Positions 63,213 through 64,000 of a stretch of DNA of 64,000 nucleotides are shown piece after piece. Position numbers and translations under genes: made by a program. The stretch is from an uncultured Gammaproteobacteria bacterium (GTDB lineage: Bacteria > Patescibacteriota > Patescibacteriia > UBA9934 > CAMTUG01), in contig CAZPQJ010000006.1 of assembly GCA_964588955.1 (NCBI GenBank), forward strand, positions 3,580-67,579. The letters are read 5' to 3'. Below the pieces are notes generated by a model. The model made no database searches. It saw only the letters and a list, made by a program, of their open reading frames with translations, and was not told where the DNA came from. Numbering within the stretch: position 1 is the first letter of the stretch; every line of letters begins with the position of its first letter.

Positions 63213-64000
63213 CTAGATCTGGGAGAATGACTGGAAGAAGGTGAAGTTCTCTTGAACGACCTGCCGTCGATGAACATCCTTGATCATGTCGGTGATCGGG
63301 TTCTCATTTTGGATGAGTTGCCAGATCGGTTCCGGCGCTCCAAGCTCGCCGACCGGAGCCATGTACCACTCTCCGACAGATCCGCGACCTTTCCAACGGA
63401 GGCGCTGGCCGTTTTCTTCGACAGCGAATTCAGCTTCCTGGTGCCACGGCGCAACGTCCGTCTTGAAGTGAGATTGCCAGATCACCGGCTGAGCCCGTTC
63501 AAGATCGCGTAGGAGGCTCGGCGCGTCGGGGCGGATGCCGGCTTCTCGCAGAATGGTGTGGAACAGATCGACGGTCGAGACCGGGGTCTGCACGGTTCGC
63601 GGGCTCAGGTTGGGGCCGAGGATCCACAGGGGGACACGGATGCAGGCATCACTCACGGTCTGCACGTGATAGGCGTCGCCTTGTTCGCCGTGGGCGTCAC
63701 CGTGATCGGAGCAGATGATCAGCAAAGTGTCTCCAGCCTCGTTGACCGTGTTGGCGAAGGTGTCGATCAACGATGCCAAACGTTTCCAGGCCACCTGCTG
63801 ACGGCACCGAAGTACGGAGAGCATGTCCGGAGTGATGGTCATGTGGTCGGTTTTCAACCATCCTTCGTCCACGAAGCGGAACAGCGCCTGAATTTCGCGA
63901 AGCTTGTCCACGAAGTTAGTGCTCACCGTGCCTTCGCCGAAGAGCAGGTTGGAGAGCGTGGTCTCGTGGGTGGTATGGTACGGAAAGTGTCCGTCCATTA
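63213..64000 (-). CDS. Sulfatase/alkaline-phosphatase-superfamily protein (probably 5'-truncated; GC-rich)
   Basis: HFPY, LLIICSDHGD, RVPLWI, VSTVDLFHTIL. Confidence 0.8.
   Translation of the reverse strand, partial: MDGHFPYHTTHETTLSNLLFGEGTVSTNFVDKLREIQALFRFVDEGWLKTDHMTITPDMLSVLRCRQQVAWKRLASLIDTFANTVNEAGDTLLIICSDHGDAHGEQGDAYHVQTVSDACIRVPLWILGPNLSPRTVQTPVSTVDLFHTILREAGIRPDAPSLLRDLERAQPVIWQSHFKTDVAPWHQEAEFAVEENGQRLRWKGRGSVGEWYMAPVGELGAPEPIWQLIQNENPITDMIKDVHRRQVVQENFTFFQSFSQI

Noticed and set aside
1-64000. Alternative genetic code (UGA=Gly)
   Set aside because: Genes end cleanly at TGA (e.g. 6573, 17644) and conserved proteins are uninterrupted under code 11.

Overview
Bacterial chromosomal window that looks like Patescibacteria/CPR (Parcubacteria, Uhrbacteria-like). 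This is inferred from tightly packed genes starting at (c/t)tATG without Shine-Dalgarno motifs, archaeal-type PyrH, homodimeric GlyRS, DUF4012, and TGA used as a stop. Housekeeping genes: xseA/xseB, pyrH, rplJ/rplL with an L10 leader, tsaB, mreB, holB, frr, glyQS, tpiA, pyrD, rpmG, msrA, and tRNAs Thr(GGT), Tyr(GTA), Thr(TGT) and Trp(CCA). Accessory content: an AT-rich C5-methyltransferase + HNH nuclease pair next to a degenerate tRNA-like element, a copper-export operon with a Cys/His/Met-rich leader ORF and terminator-like hairpin, and two large surface proteins (one of 3635 aa) sharing a C-terminal module. Three features stand out. (1) A ~3.3-kb GC-rich minus-strand unit (22927-26293) with one promoter, a ~390-nt hairpin-dense leader and seven ORFans separated by related multi-hairpin spacers. 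(2) A family of heptamer-periodic A-arm/T-arm hairpin elements, found empty (xseA-xseB), filled with a four-helix-bundle (23S-IVP/Avd-like) gene, and as a 106-bp inverted pair around a glycosyltransferase. (3) A conserved rod-shaped element present in both the rplJ leader and the tRNA-Thr leader. All calls were made by eye; no searches or folding programs were run.
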